A DNA stretch of 64,000 bases from Candidatus Dormiibacterota bacterium (lineage in GTDB: Bacteria; Chloroflexota; Dormibacteria; Aeolococcales; Aeolococcaceae), in contig CAWKKS010000001.1 in assembly GCA_963850385.1 (NCBI GenBank), positions 435,001-499,000 of the forward strand, in the 5' to 3' direction. Position 1 is the first letter of the stretch. Each line of letters opens with the position of its first letter. The position numbers were made by a program, and so were the translations under genes. Under the pieces are notes generated by a model, which saw only the letters and a list, made by a program, of their open reading frames with translations, ran no database searches and had not been told where the DNA came from. Positions 40,043 through 49,483 of the stretch are shown piece by piece.

Positions 40043-40756
40043 GTGTACCTCATCGAAGCGCGTCCGGTGCCGACCCCTGCTGACGCTGAGCGGTTGCTGG
40101 CGGATCTCTGGCAGCTCACCGCAGGGCGCGGTCTCGGCTTGTTCCTGCTGGGAGTCGGGGATGGGCTGATGCTGGGTGTCACCGCGCTGCATTCCGGGAT
40201 GGAGGAGGCGGCTGCCGCGACCATCGCGGACCAGTGCGGGGGGGCGGTCGAGCCCGGTTGGATGGTGCCGGAGATGGTTCGCGCCGCCGGCGACATCGCC
40301 GCGGTCAACCTGGTGCCCACCGAGCGTCACATCGACGTCGAGAGCCGGACGTACGGCTGGCAGCGGAGCGACCCTCTACGCGGGACGTTCCTGGCGCTCC
40401 GCCACCTCCCTCTCGGTGTCGTGGGCGGGGTGTCGCTGAGCCTGCGCGCGCTGCCCCGGCTCGGCTTCGCCCTGTCATTGGGAGCGTTTGTCGCCGGCCC
40501 GGCGGCGGCCGGCCATGTCGTGCGCGTGGCTGCGACATTCGGGGGGATCGGGGTGCGCCTGCGCCGCCCGCTCCTTCAACGCCGGGCGGTGCGACGAATG
40601 GTCGAGGGCAGGCTGCGCCGCCCCGCCGCCGTCCGGCGAGTCGAGGTGGTGGCCCGGTTCTGGCACCCACCGTACGCCTCGGACACCGGTCTCCAGGCAG
40701 CCCCGGACGCGACTGACAAGCCAGCCGGCTACCTGGGTACGGGGCGTGTCCCTTGA
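40043..40756 (+). CDS. hypothetical protein; first ORF ahead of the Tad-like cluster
   Basis: GTG start; 237 aa; no recognisable domain. Confidence 0.35.
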   Translation: MYLIEARPVPTPADAERLLADLWQLTAGRGLGLFLLGVGDGLMLGVTALHSGMEEAAAATIADQCGGAVEPGWMVPEMVRAAGDIAAVNLVPTERHIDVESRTYGWQRSDPLRGTFLALRHLPLGVVGGVSLSLRALPRLGFALSLGAFVAGPAAAGHVVRVAATFGGIGVRLRRPLLQRRAVRRMVEGRLRRPAAVRRVEVVARFWHPPYASDTGLQAAPDATDKPAGYLGTGRVP

Positions 40757-40874
40757 CGGTCCCGGTGCAGCCGCCTACCGTCTCCGTTCGCTTGGGTGAG
40801 CAGCGCAACCGTGCTGCTCGCCGGTGCGGCTGGCCCGAGCACACCGACGGGGGATGAGGGGGGAGGAAAGCGCC

Positions 40875-41504
40875 ATGAACCGGCGTCGCCTCGCAGCCGC
40901 GATCTTCTTCAGCGCCGTCATCGTGCTGGTGCTCGGTGTGATGGTGTTCCTCGAACAGTCAGGACGAGGGCAGACGGTCACCGTGCTGGTGCTGAAGCAC
41001 AACGTGCTCGCCGGCGACACCTACCGCGCCGACGACGTGTCGGCTGTGGCGGTGCGTGCGCCGGAGGGCGATTTCAACTACGAGCACCGCACCCCCGGGC
41101 AGTACGCGGCGCGCTACGCACAGAGCCTCCAGGTCAACGACATCCTGCGTGCCGATGACCTCGTCGACTTGAGTGCCCAGGTGGAGGTCGCGGTGACCAT
41201 GCAGGCCCCGCCGCCGTTGTCGGGGGGCGATCGCATCGATGTGTTCGCCACCATGGGCGGCGGCCGGCAGGCGAGGATCGGGCATGGCGTCACCGTCCTG
41301 GCCGCGTCCGGTGGGGCCCTGACCCTGCTGGTCCCCGTCGCGCAGGAGGAGGCATGGATCTCGGTGGCCTCCTCCAGCATCGCCCTGCACGCGGTGCGGG
41401 CAACGGGACCGGAGCCGGCTTCGCTGCAGCCGCTCAACCCCGACGACGCCGTGAGCAGCCTGTGCGGGTCGAGTTGCCTGTCGACCCAGTCCGGCGCACC
41501 GTGA
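40875..41504 (+). CDS. cpaB: Flp pilus assembly protein CpaB/RcpC-like
   Basis: Strong RBS 'gggggaggaaagcgccATG'. N-terminal TM, SAF-like segment, and C-terminal 'GDRIDVFAT…VTVLAA…LLVPVAQEEAW' typical of CpaB. Confidence 0.6.
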   Translation: MNRRRLAAAIFFSAVIVLVLGVMVFLEQSGRGQTVTVLVLKHNVLAGDTYRADDVSAVAVRAPEGDFNYEHRTPGQYAARYAQSLQVNDILRADDLVDLSAQVEVAVTMQAPPPLSGGDRIDVFATMGGGRQARIGHGVTVLAASGGALTLLVPVAQEEAWISVASSSIALHAVRATGPEPASLQPLNPDDAVSSLCGSSCLSTQSGAP

Positions 41505-42223
41505 CGACGCTTGTCGCCGTGTACACCACGCGCGCAGGCCAGACGTCGACGCACCTGGCGGCGTGCCTGGGGTGGACGCTCGCTGAGCGCGCCCCGGTCC
41601 TGCTCGTCGACTGCGACATGGAGGGTGGGACGCTTGCCGACCTCCTGCTCCTGCGTACCGGGGGCAGGGGCATCGGCAACTGCTTCGGCGACCGCCCCGC
41701 CACTCCCGGTGAGCTCACCGCCCAGGCGATCCCACACCCCGAACGCGAGTCGCTGCGCGTCGTGCCGGGCCTGGCGCGGAGCTACGGGTACGAGGTGGGG
41801 GAGTGCCTCAAGAAGCTTGCGCCGGCGCTGTCAGGGGCCGATGAGGAGGTGGTCATCGCCGATCTCGGTCACCCGCTGTCGCATCCAGGCCTGCGCTCGC
41901 CCCGGGCGGCCGCGGAAGCCATCTGCAACGTGTTCGGTCGTGCGTTCATCGTCGTGCGCGACGAGCCCGCTCTGTTGTCGCGAACCATCGCGGTATTGCA
42001 GGCGGCCCGACCGCGGCATGGCGAGCTCATCGTCTGCCATCAGCACGGCCGTGCCTACCGCCGCAGCATCCTCGACAGCCTGCAGCGAACCCTGCCCGAC
42101 ATGCCGGTGCGCGACGGGTGGGAATGGAACGAGGCGCGGGCGACGCGGATGACGGAGACGGGGGTGCCTGCCCTCCTGCCGGGTATCGACCGGGCCCTCA
42201 ACCTGCCGCTGGTGGCCGCCTGA
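41500..42223 (+). CDS. TadZ/CpaE-like ParA-fold protein with a degenerate Walker A
   Basis: GTG overlaps the cpaB stop (GTGA). 'MTTLVAVYTTRAGQTSTHLAACLG…LLVDCDMEGG' has a MinD/ParA-like layout, but the KGGxGK[ST] lysines are absent. Confidence 0.5.
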
Positions 42224-43635
42224 TGACCTCGGTGGCGCGGGCCCCCGCTCTCGACGAGGATGCCGCCGCACCGCGCCTCGACGAGGAGGTACCGGTCGCG
42301 CCCTGGCCACAGATCGCGTCCGAGGAGCTGGAGGTAGCCCAGGCCATCGCCGACAGCGTCATCCGCGAACGCGGCGGCGAGCCGGCATCGGTGCTCCACG
42401 AGGAACGGCTGCACCAGGACGTTGCCAGGGTCATCGAGCGCGCCGTCGCATCACCATCGACAAGCGGTCTGCCACTGGCGGTGGTCAGCGAGCTCGCCGC
42501 CAACCCCGAGTACCGCGACATCGCCCGGCGCAACGCGGCCATCCTCGCCTCGCACCTCTGGCCGCTGTCGCTGCTCATCTACGGCGCCGACCTGGAGAAC
42601 ATCACCTGCCTGGGTCACGACGAATGGTTGGTGAGCCTGGTGGGGCAGAAGCTGCTGTTGCGCGGGGGCAGCCCATTCCTGTCCGACGAGGACTGCCTCG
42701 AGTTCTTCCGCCGCGCCGTGCGGCTGCGCGGGGTCACCGGTGATCACAGCATCACGGACGCCGCGCCGATCGCCGAGGCGAACGTGGGAAGCGTGGCGCG
42801 ACTGTGCATCGCCAAGCGCCCCGCCGTCTCCGGCCAGGCGCTGCTGAAGGCTGCGGTCCGGATCCCGGCACGCTCGAAGGTGCGCGACCTCGCCGACTAC
42901 GTCCATGCAGGAGTCATGCCGGACGGCATGGCGCGGTTCCTTGAGGCGTGTGTGCACGCCCGCGTCAACATCATGATCGCCGGCGGGACGAGCACCGGGA
43001 AGACGACGCTCATGCGAGTGTTGTGCGGACTCACAGCCCCGACTGATCACCTCGTCGTGGTCGAGGACGGCGCCGAGCTTCACCTCGATCAATCGCGTGG
43101 CGACGGCCGCCCCTGGCACGCGCTGACGACGGCGCTGTCCACCATCCCGTCGGTGCGCGTGGAGACGGATTCCGGACAGCTCACCATGTTCGACCTGGTC
43201 CGTCACGCACTCCGTTTCCAGCCTGACCGGTTGCTCCTCGGCGAGTCGCGCGGCGAGGAGATGGCGGCTGTGTGCAAGGCGTTGATGACTGGTCACGACG
43301 GCTCGATGACGACAATCCACGCCGAGGACGCCGAGCTGGCCATCGACCAGGCTGTTCAGTACGTCATGGAGAACCCGCGCTTCGCGGGCAACGAGAAGAT
43401 GGCCAAGCGGGTGGTCGAACACGCCATCCACCTGGTGGTCCACCTCGCCAACCAGGCCGGCCGGCGACGCGTGACCGGTGTGCTGGCCGTAGAGCGCGGC
43501 GGCAACCATAAATGGATCTACCGCCGGGCTGACCACGGTGGCTGGCAGCGCATGACCGACATGGTGGGCAACCTCCATCGCCTCGGGCCCCGGTTGCGCG
43601 GGCGCTTTCCCGACGACGAGGTCCCAGCGGTATGA
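42223..43635 (+). CDS. tadA: Tad/CpaF-family secretion ATPase (TadA)
   Basis: 'IMIAGGTSTGKTTLMRVL' Walker A, 'VVVEDGAEL', 'LGESRGEE', His box; ATG overlaps the upstream stop (TGATG). Confidence 0.85.
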   Translation: MTSVARAPALDEDAAAPRLDEEVPVAPWPQIASEELEVAQAIADSVIRERGGEPASVLHEERLHQDVARVIERAVASPSTSGLPLAVVSELAANPEYRDIARRNAAILASHLWPLSLLIYGADLENITCLGHDEWLVSLVGQKLLLRGGSPFLSDEDCLEFFRRAVRLRGVTGDHSITDAAPIAEANVGSVARLCIAKRPAVSGQALLKAAVRIPARSKVRDLADYVHAGVMPDGMARFLEACVHARVNIMIAGGTSTGKTTLMRVLCGLTAPTDHLVVVEDGAELHLDQSRGDGRPWHALTTALSTIPSVRVETDSGQLTMFDLVRHALRFQPDRLLLGESRGEEMAAVCKALMTGHDGSMTTIHAEDAELAIDQAVQYVMENPRFAGNEKMAKRVVEHAIHLVVHLANQAGRRRVTGVLAVERGGNHKWIYRRADHGGWQRMTDMVGNLHRLGPRLRGRFPDDEVPAV

Positions 43636-44558
43636 GTGCGGCCGGGGCAGGCCTCTCCACGGTCCAGTTCATCGGCCTGTTGATCGTCATCGCCTGCGCC
43701 GCCGGGGGCGCGGCGGCAATCCTCGACCTCGACGTCGACATCAGGGTCGTGCGCCGTCCGCTGCGCGCGTGGCGGTTTCTTGAGCAGGAGCGAGACCTGG
43801 CCGCCAACCTTGGCTGGCGATGGCCACGATGGGTCGCGGTCCGGTGCGCGCTCCTCGCCGTGTGCATCGGCCTCGGCCTGTGGTCACGCGTTTGGGTGCT
43901 CGCCCTGGTCGGTGGTATCGCCGGCACGCTCGGGTTTCGGTTCGCCATCGCCGGTCGGGCAGCCAACCGGCGACTGCGCGTCGAGCGCGCCTTCTTGGCG
44001 CGGCTTCGCGACCTCCGCGATCGCATGGCCGTCGGCAACCAGTCCCTCGACACAGCGCTCCAGGAGATAGCTCGCCAGCCCGGACCGGAACTCGAGTACG
44101 TCCTGGCGCCACTCGCCGGCGGCGGGTCGACGGCCGATAACATCGTCGCCGTTGGCACGCGGGCGCGATCCCCTGTCGTGGAATACGCCTGCGCAGTCCT
44201 GCTGTGGACGCGGAGTCGAAGCATGGATGCCCTCATCGAGGCCATCGACCAGCTTCTGCTCCCCGTGGGCGCCGCTCAGCTGGCCGTGCAGGAGGAGGCG
44301 TGGGTCACCCTGACCCAGCAGCGCTCGGTGACGGTGGCGATGTCGGTGTTGATGGTGGTGATGTTCGCCGTGGTCATCCGCGTCGACAGCTTCCGCCTCT
44401 TCTACCAATCGCTCCAGGGCAACGTGGTGCTGGCGCTCGTCGTGGTGTTGTTCGCCGGGCTGGTGGGACTGCTCGGCGTGATCGTGCGGGTGCGCAGCTG
44501 GACGCGATGGGACCTGCGTCGCCTCGCGGATGAGCAGGAGCGGCTCGGTGCTCAGTGA
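43632..44558 (+). CDS. tadB: TadB-like (T2SS-F domain) inner-membrane protein
   Basis: ATG overlaps the tadA stop (ATGA); TM helices flank a cytoplasmic T2SSF-like region. Confidence 0.65.
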   Translation: MSAAGAGLSTVQFIGLLIVIACAAGGAAAILDLDVDIRVVRRPLRAWRFLEQERDLAANLGWRWPRWVAVRCALLAVCIGLGLWSRVWVLALVGGIAGTLGFRFAIAGRAANRRLRVERAFLARLRDLRDRMAVGNQSLDTALQEIARQPGPELEYVLAPLAGGGSTADNIVAVGTRARSPVVEYACAVLLWTRSRSMDALIEAIDQLLLPVGAAQLAVQEEAWVTLTQQRSVTVAMSVLMVVMFAVVIRVDSFRLFYQSLQGNVVLALVVVLFAGLVGLLGVIVRVRSWTRWDLRRLADEQERLGAQ

Positions 44559-45447
44559 CCTCTGGCCCTACGCGCTGTTGACCGTTGCTCTGGTCGGGAC
44601 GTGGGCCTTCGTACTCGCGCGACTCGGCTACCTCACGGCCTCGGACGTGCGCGCCTGGCGCCGCATCGCCGCGCTCCGCGGCTATGGCGGCGCTCAGAGC
44701 CGGTGGGAGCGAGCGGCCGACCGGAGTCCGGTGATCGGGCGTCTCCGAGACGAGCTCGACCTCCGCCGTCTCCTCGCCATCGCCGATCGCGACGAATCGG
44801 ACGCCTCGTTCCTCGCGCGCACGGCCTTCCTTGCGCTGTCCGTGTTCGTTGTGATCCTCACCATCGACCTGGCGGCCCGGGTGGGTGGCGCAGACGTCCC
44901 CATCCCGCCTGCCTTGGCATTGCTTGCCGCCGCGCTCGTGGTGCTGGGGCGCTTCAGTGCGCTCCGCGCGTCCGCGCAGCGGCGCCAGGACCGCGCCGGG
45001 CGCGCCCTGGGCGACATGATGATGATGGTGGCCGTGATGACCGACGGCCGTGGACTTCAACTCGACGACTCTGTGCGAATCCTCTCTCGCTGCGCGACGA
45101 CGGCAGACCTGCGAACCCTCGTCGACGGTGGCTGGCGGCGGCTGATCGCGGACCCGCCGAAGAACACCGTCGACCTCTACTCCCGGATTGCGGCCGAGTT
45201 CCGCATCGAGCAGTTCGCGCTCGTGGCGGACGCGCTGGCCACGACCAACGTTGGGATCGCCGAGCGCGACACGTACACACGCACCGCGCAGGCGGTCTAC
45301 CAGCGACGCCTCGCAGAAGCTCGGGCGCGCGCCGCTCGAGCGCGGATCCTGGTGACACTTCCCGTCGCGGGCATGCTGATCCCGCTGCTGCTCCTGCTGG
45401 GCGCGCCGACGTTCCAGAGCATCAGTGCCGGCCTGGGGGGCGGCTGA
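44530..45447 (+). CDS. tadC: TadC-like (T2SS-F domain) inner-membrane protein
   Basis: Second T2SSF-type membrane protein, overlapping the tadB 3' end (alternative GTG start at 44548). Confidence 0.6.
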   Translation: MSRSGSVLSDLWPYALLTVALVGTWAFVLARLGYLTASDVRAWRRIAALRGYGGAQSRWERAADRSPVIGRLRDELDLRRLLAIADRDESDASFLARTAFLALSVFVVILTIDLAARVGGADVPIPPALALLAAALVVLGRFSALRASAQRRQDRAGRALGDMMMMVAVMTDGRGLQLDDSVRILSRCATTADLRTLVDGGWRRLIADPPKNTVDLYSRIAAEFRIEQFALVADALATTNVGIAERDTYTRTAQAVYQRRLAEARARAARARILVTLPVAGMLIPLLLLLGAPTFQSISAGLGGG

Positions 45448-45450
45448 GCT

Positions 45451-45835
45451 GTGTCACGCCGTGCTCTCGTCTGTGCCGCGCTCCTTGCGTCGACAGCCGC
45501 GCTGGTCGCGGTGGTGGGCTGGCCGGATCTCGGGAGAAGCCTTGGCCTGCTCACCGGCCGTGACGTGACGTCGGACAGCGAGTCCGCATTCGTGGTGGCC
45601 GTCTGCTGGGTCGCGTGGCTGCTGCTGAGCGTGGTGTGCTTCGCCAGGGTGGGTGGATTTGGGGCCCGCTCGCGACTTCGACCGGCGGGGCACGGCCCGC
45701 ACGCTGGCATGGAGCTTGTTGGTGCTGCTCGTCGGCGCCACAACGCTGATCGCCGGCATGGCCAGGCACAGCAGCTACCGCGTCTGTTGTGCATCACCGG
45801 TGACCGCTGAACAGGCTGAACGACTTGTCCACTGA
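45451..45835 (+). CDS. small multi-TM protein, apparently frameshifted at a G-run
   Basis: GTG start 4 nt after the tadC stop. Frame 45451 encodes 2 TM helices and then nonsense; frame 45653 continues with the TM 'LAWSLLVLLVGATTLIAGMA' and ends at 45835, 1 nt before the next start. Confidence 0.3.
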
Positions 45836-45836
45836 G

Positions 45837-47366
45837 GTGGCGGGCTTCGCCTTCATCGTGCTGCTCCGCGACGAGCTCGAGGCACGCGGGCTGGCCGGCC
45901 TTCTCGAGAGCGTCGCTCGACCTGCGCGCGAGGTCGCCGCGACCTTCCTGGTGCCCGAAGTGCGCGGCCGGGACTTCTTCGCCGCGACGGCGCGTCAGGC
46001 CGAGGTCGACCGGTGGTGGGGCAGGCATGTCCCCGAGGACGCCGTGCCGGTGTACCTCATCTGCCACGAGGATGGCCTCGCGGGCTGGCTGCGGGGACTC
46101 GACGGCGTCTTCATGGTGGCCGCCCCGTCCGAGGCCGCGGCTGTCTACACGGAGTGGACGGTCGTCGATGCGCAGCCGGCTGAAGCGCCGCTGGCCCTCG
46201 CCCAGGCCGCCGTCGAGCGGTTCGGGGTGCCCGACGACTCGCCCGACACCGCGCCCTGGGCCGTCTTCGAACGACGCGATGTACGCCTGGTGGCCGACCT
46301 CCGCGCGGGGCTGACGTCCGGGTCCGGCTCGCGACCGGAGTTTCCCCCGCTGCTACACGTCGACGGGATCCGCGCCCCGACCACCGCGGGGCTCCGCGAC
46401 ACCGTCGGGCCTCATCCACTCGACCTGCTCGTCGCCGAGAGTGCGCAGACCCGAGCCGAGCGCGCTCCATGGACGCAAGCCGCCCCCGAGGTGGCACCGG
46501 CGTGGACCGGGAGACTCCTGCGCCCACGGCTCCCGTCACTGCGGCGCCACCACGCGAGCCCGACGATCACCGATGCGGAGCTGGCCGCCCTTCTCGTCGC
46601 CCGTGCGCCAAGCCTGGTGGTGATCGGGTCTCGCAAGGGAGGCGTTGGGAAGACCAGCCATGCGGCTGGCATTGCCATCGCTGCCGGGAGTGTTCTCGAC
46701 ACGGTGGGCCATCGCGCCGCGATCGTCGACGCCAACGTCGCCAACCCGGATGCTTGGGGGCAGCTCGACCTGCCCCCCACAGCGCCGGGCGTCCGCGACG
46801 TGGTGACCGCCCTCACCAACGGCGAGGAGCCGCCTTCGCCGATCCATGCGGTGACGCCTGCGCTGGCCTGCTATCCCGAGCGGCGTGACGGCGTCGAGTA
46901 CAGCCGCACCGACGTGCAGCGATTCGCCGCACACCTGCGTCAGCGGTACTCCTTCGTGGTCGTCGACATGAGCAATCGCCTACCGGACCCGACCGGTGGC
47001 CCGGAGGCGGCGGCCGCGGCGTTCTGGTTGGCTGAGGCCGACGCCCTGGTGTTGCCGACCGGGTCGAGCAAGCAGGACTTCAACGGCGTGCTTGATTACC
47101 TCGACGTGCCCGACCTTCCGCCCACCGTGGTGCCGTACATCGCGTCCTCCGCCCGTCGCAACCGCCGCCACCCGGTGACGCGTCAGTACCTCGAGACCAT
47201 CGGTCCGCGTGTGTGCGCCATCGTCGAGATCCCCGATGAAGCAGACGACGTGCGTTTCGCCGGGATGGAGGGCACGCCGGTGCAGGATGTGTCGCCACGA
47301 ATGCGCGCCGCGTACCGTGCGCTCACCGCCGCGGTCGGCCGCCTGCCCAAGGGCGCCCACGCGTGA
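45837..47366 (+). CDS. CpaE/ParA-family ATPase with a ~280-aa N-terminal extension
   Basis: C-terminal half has a bona fide deviant Walker A 'VIGSRKGGVGKTSHAAG' and 'VVVDMS'. The N-terminal domain is uncharacterised (possibly receiver-like, as in CpaE). The ORF track's TTG at 45825 is an alternative start. Confidence 0.65.
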   Translation: MAGFAFIVLLRDELEARGLAGLLESVARPAREVAATFLVPEVRGRDFFAATARQAEVDRWWGRHVPEDAVPVYLICHEDGLAGWLRGLDGVFMVAAPSEAAAVYTEWTVVDAQPAEAPLALAQAAVERFGVPDDSPDTAPWAVFERRDVRLVADLRAGLTSGSGSRPEFPPLLHVDGIRAPTTAGLRDTVGPHPLDLLVAESAQTRAERAPWTQAAPEVAPAWTGRLLRPRLPSLRRHHASPTITDAELAALLVARAPSLVVIGSRKGGVGKTSHAAGIAIAAGSVLDTVGHRAAIVDANVANPDAWGQLDLPPTAPGVRDVVTALTNGEEPPSPIHAVTPALACYPERRDGVEYSRTDVQRFAAHLRQRYSFVVVDMSNRLPDPTGGPEAAAAAFWLAEADALVLPTGSSKQDFNGVLDYLDVPDLPPTVVPYIASSARRNRRHPVTRQYLETIGPRVCAIVEIPDEADDVRFAGMEGTPVQDVSPRMRAAYRALTAAVGRLPKGAHA

Positions 47367-47806
47367 GCAGCGCACGCGGCCTGCTCACCCGGCGCAGTCG
47401 GGACGACGTCAGCCGCGCGCAGCGGGTTGAGCGTGTGCTCGCGCTCGTCGAGCGCTTCGTGTTCGACCTCGGAATGCTGATCGCGGGCGAGCCCACCGAG
47501 CTGCGTGCCTACGTCGATGCCCGCGTGGTCGAACGCCTCGAGCAGTCGGTGCAGCCGGCGCTCGACGCCGGCGCGCTGGCCCGGCCTGACTTCGGCGAGT
47601 ACGCCGAGGTCCGCATCGAAGGCGACCTGCTCGACCTGTCCCACCCGGTCAGCACACTGGTGGAGTTCGACGACTGCTCCAGCCTGACGCGCGCCGGCGG
47701 GTTCGCGCCCGCACCCCACCGGCGGCGGATGCGCTTGCGGCTGCTGCTCGACGCCGCGCTGACGCGGGTGCTCGACCACCATCTCGAACCGGCTGGACTG
47801 TCGTGA
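47363..47806 (+). CDS. hypothetical protein (Tad-cluster accessory)
   Basis: GTG overlaps the upstream stop (GTGA); 147 aa. Confidence 0.4.
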   Translation: MSSARGLLTRRSRDDVSRAQRVERVLALVERFVFDLGMLIAGEPTELRAYVDARVVERLEQSVQPALDAGALARPDFGEYAEVRIEGDLLDLSHPVSTLVEFDDCSSLTRAGGFAPAPHRRRMRLRLLLDAALTRVLDHHLEPAGLS

Positions 47807-48378
47807 CCCCAAACCTGGTCGACCGCGACCCGCAGAACCTGCTGGTGCCGCTGGGTGGGATGGCGCCGGCACGGGCTGAGCGCCGCCGCGCGGTGCGACG
47901 GTGGTGGCCGGACACGTCAACGAGCCTTCTCGGCCTCGGAGTGGTCGGTGGAGCCATCGGGGTCGGCCTCCTGCTCGCGCCCGCCCCGGACGCTGTCGCG
48001 CTGATGGGCGACCATCTGCAGGTCGGCGGCATGGTGCTCTCGGCAGTCGCCTCCTCCGGCGACCCCCGCACGCTCCGCTTCTCGGGTGACGCCTCCTACG
48101 TGCTGGTCCTGGGCCCGGACGGGCCCTCCCGGGCCGCGGCGGTGTGGACGACTGGTGGCACGGTGAGCTCTGGTGTCTGCGCTCTTCACGGTGATGGCTC
48201 GCGCCTGGTCGACGATTGCTCATTCACCTCGCGTGCGGGTCGGTTCTCGTCGGTCGACGTGCTCGACACCGCGCTCGGTCCGCGCTGGGAGCGCACCTAC
48301 GACGACGGTGCGCGGGTGACCATCCCGGTCTCGGCTGGCGGGGGCGCGGTGCCCGTGCCATTTCCGCTGGGCCATTGA
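47803..48378 (+). CDS. hypothetical single-TM protein (Tad-cluster accessory)
   Basis: GTG overlaps the upstream stop; 'RRWWPDTSTSLLGLGVVGGAIGVGLLLA' TM helix. Confidence 0.4.
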   Translation: MTPNLVDRDPQNLLVPLGGMAPARAERRRAVRRWWPDTSTSLLGLGVVGGAIGVGLLLAPAPDAVALMGDHLQVGGMVLSAVASSGDPRTLRFSGDASYVLVLGPDGPSRAAAVWTTGGTVSSGVCALHGDGSRLVDDCSFTSRAGRFSSVDVLDTALGPRWERTYDDGARVTIPVSAGGGAVPVPFPLGH

Positions 48379-48455
48379 GGTACGTCTCGCGGTGAGGAGG
48401 GGCCCGGGCTCTCTGGCAGGATGGGCGCTGCCATGAGCACACCCGGTGCGGCGCG

Positions 48456-49214
48456 ATGAACGCCGGCAACGTCCTGCTCGTCCTCGCCGTCTTCCTCGCC
48501 AGCGCGGTGGAGATGGTCGAGGCTGCCACCATCGTGGTGGCGGTCGGCATCACCCGCGGCTGGCGCGCCGCGCTGCTCGGCGTCGCGGTGGGACTTGGCT
48601 CGCTCGCAGTCCTCGTCGCGGCGCTCGGACCAGCGCTCGCGGCCATCCCGATCGGCGCTCTGCGCCTCGCCGTGGGCGGTCTCCTGCTCGTGTTCGGGCT
48701 CGGCTGGCTCCGCAAGGCGATCCTTCGCGCGGGAGGGGTGAAGGCTCTGCATGACGAACGGGAGAGCTTCCGCGAGCAGCGCGAACGCTCCCGAGCGGCT
48801 GCGGTGGCCGCCGGCGGCCTCGACACCTACGGATTCACGGTGAGCCTCAAGGGTGTGCTCCTCGAGGGTCTCGAGGTCGTCTTCATCGTGGTCACCTTCG
48901 GTGCCAACCAGGGACGAGTCGGCCTCGCCGCGCTCGGCGCCGCCGCCGCCGTGCTGGCGGTCCTCGCCGGGGTGCTGGTGGTGCGAGCGCCGCTCTCGCG
49001 CGTTCCCGAGAACACCATGAAGTTCGCGGTCGGCACCCTGCTCACCTCATTCGGCACGTTCTGGGGCGCGGAGGGCGCTGGGGTCAACTGGCCCGGCGGT
49101 GACGTCGCGCTCGCCGCCATCATCCCGGGGACGCTGCTGGCGGCATCGCTCATGGTCGTGGCGCTGCGCCGGGGCGCGCCGGTTCGGCTGGTATCCCGGC
49201 GCGGCGTGGCCTGA
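48456..49214 (+). CDS. integral membrane protein of unknown function
   Basis: 6 predicted TM helices in Ala/Gly/Leu-rich segments. Confidence 0.5.
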   Translation: MNAGNVLLVLAVFLASAVEMVEAATIVVAVGITRGWRAALLGVAVGLGSLAVLVAALGPALAAIPIGALRLAVGGLLLVFGLGWLRKAILRAGGVKALHDERESFREQRERSRAAAVAAGGLDTYGFTVSLKGVLLEGLEVVFIVVTFGANQGRVGLAALGAAAAVLAVLAGVLVVRAPLSRVPENTMKFAVGTLLTSFGTFWGAEGAGVNWPGGDVALAAIIPGTLLAASLMVVALRRGAPVRLVSRRGVA

Positions 49215-49429
49215 TGCGGTACGTCGCCGCCTTCGCGCTCTTCTGGTGGGATTTCATCGTCGGCGATGACTACCGGCTGGCGCTTGCCGTCATCGTGCTC
49301 CTCGCGGCGACGACGCTCCTGACGCGTGCCGGAATCGAGGCATGGTGGCTGCTCCCCCTGGGGATCCTGGCCATGCTGTCCATCTCGGTGTTCCGCACCG
49401 CGCGGCGCGCCCGGCGCCGGCCAGCCTGA
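49214..49429 (+). CDS. small membrane protein
   Basis: ATG overlaps the upstream stop (TGATG); two TM helices; 71 aa. Confidence 0.35.
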   Translation: MRYVAAFALFWWDFIVGDDYRLALAVIVLLAATTLLTRAGIEAWWLLPLGILAMLSISVFRTARRARRRPA

Positions 49430-49483
49430 GCCGCCGTTGCGCTCGGCGGCGAACGCGGTGGGTCACGCCGGCCCCGCCAACGG

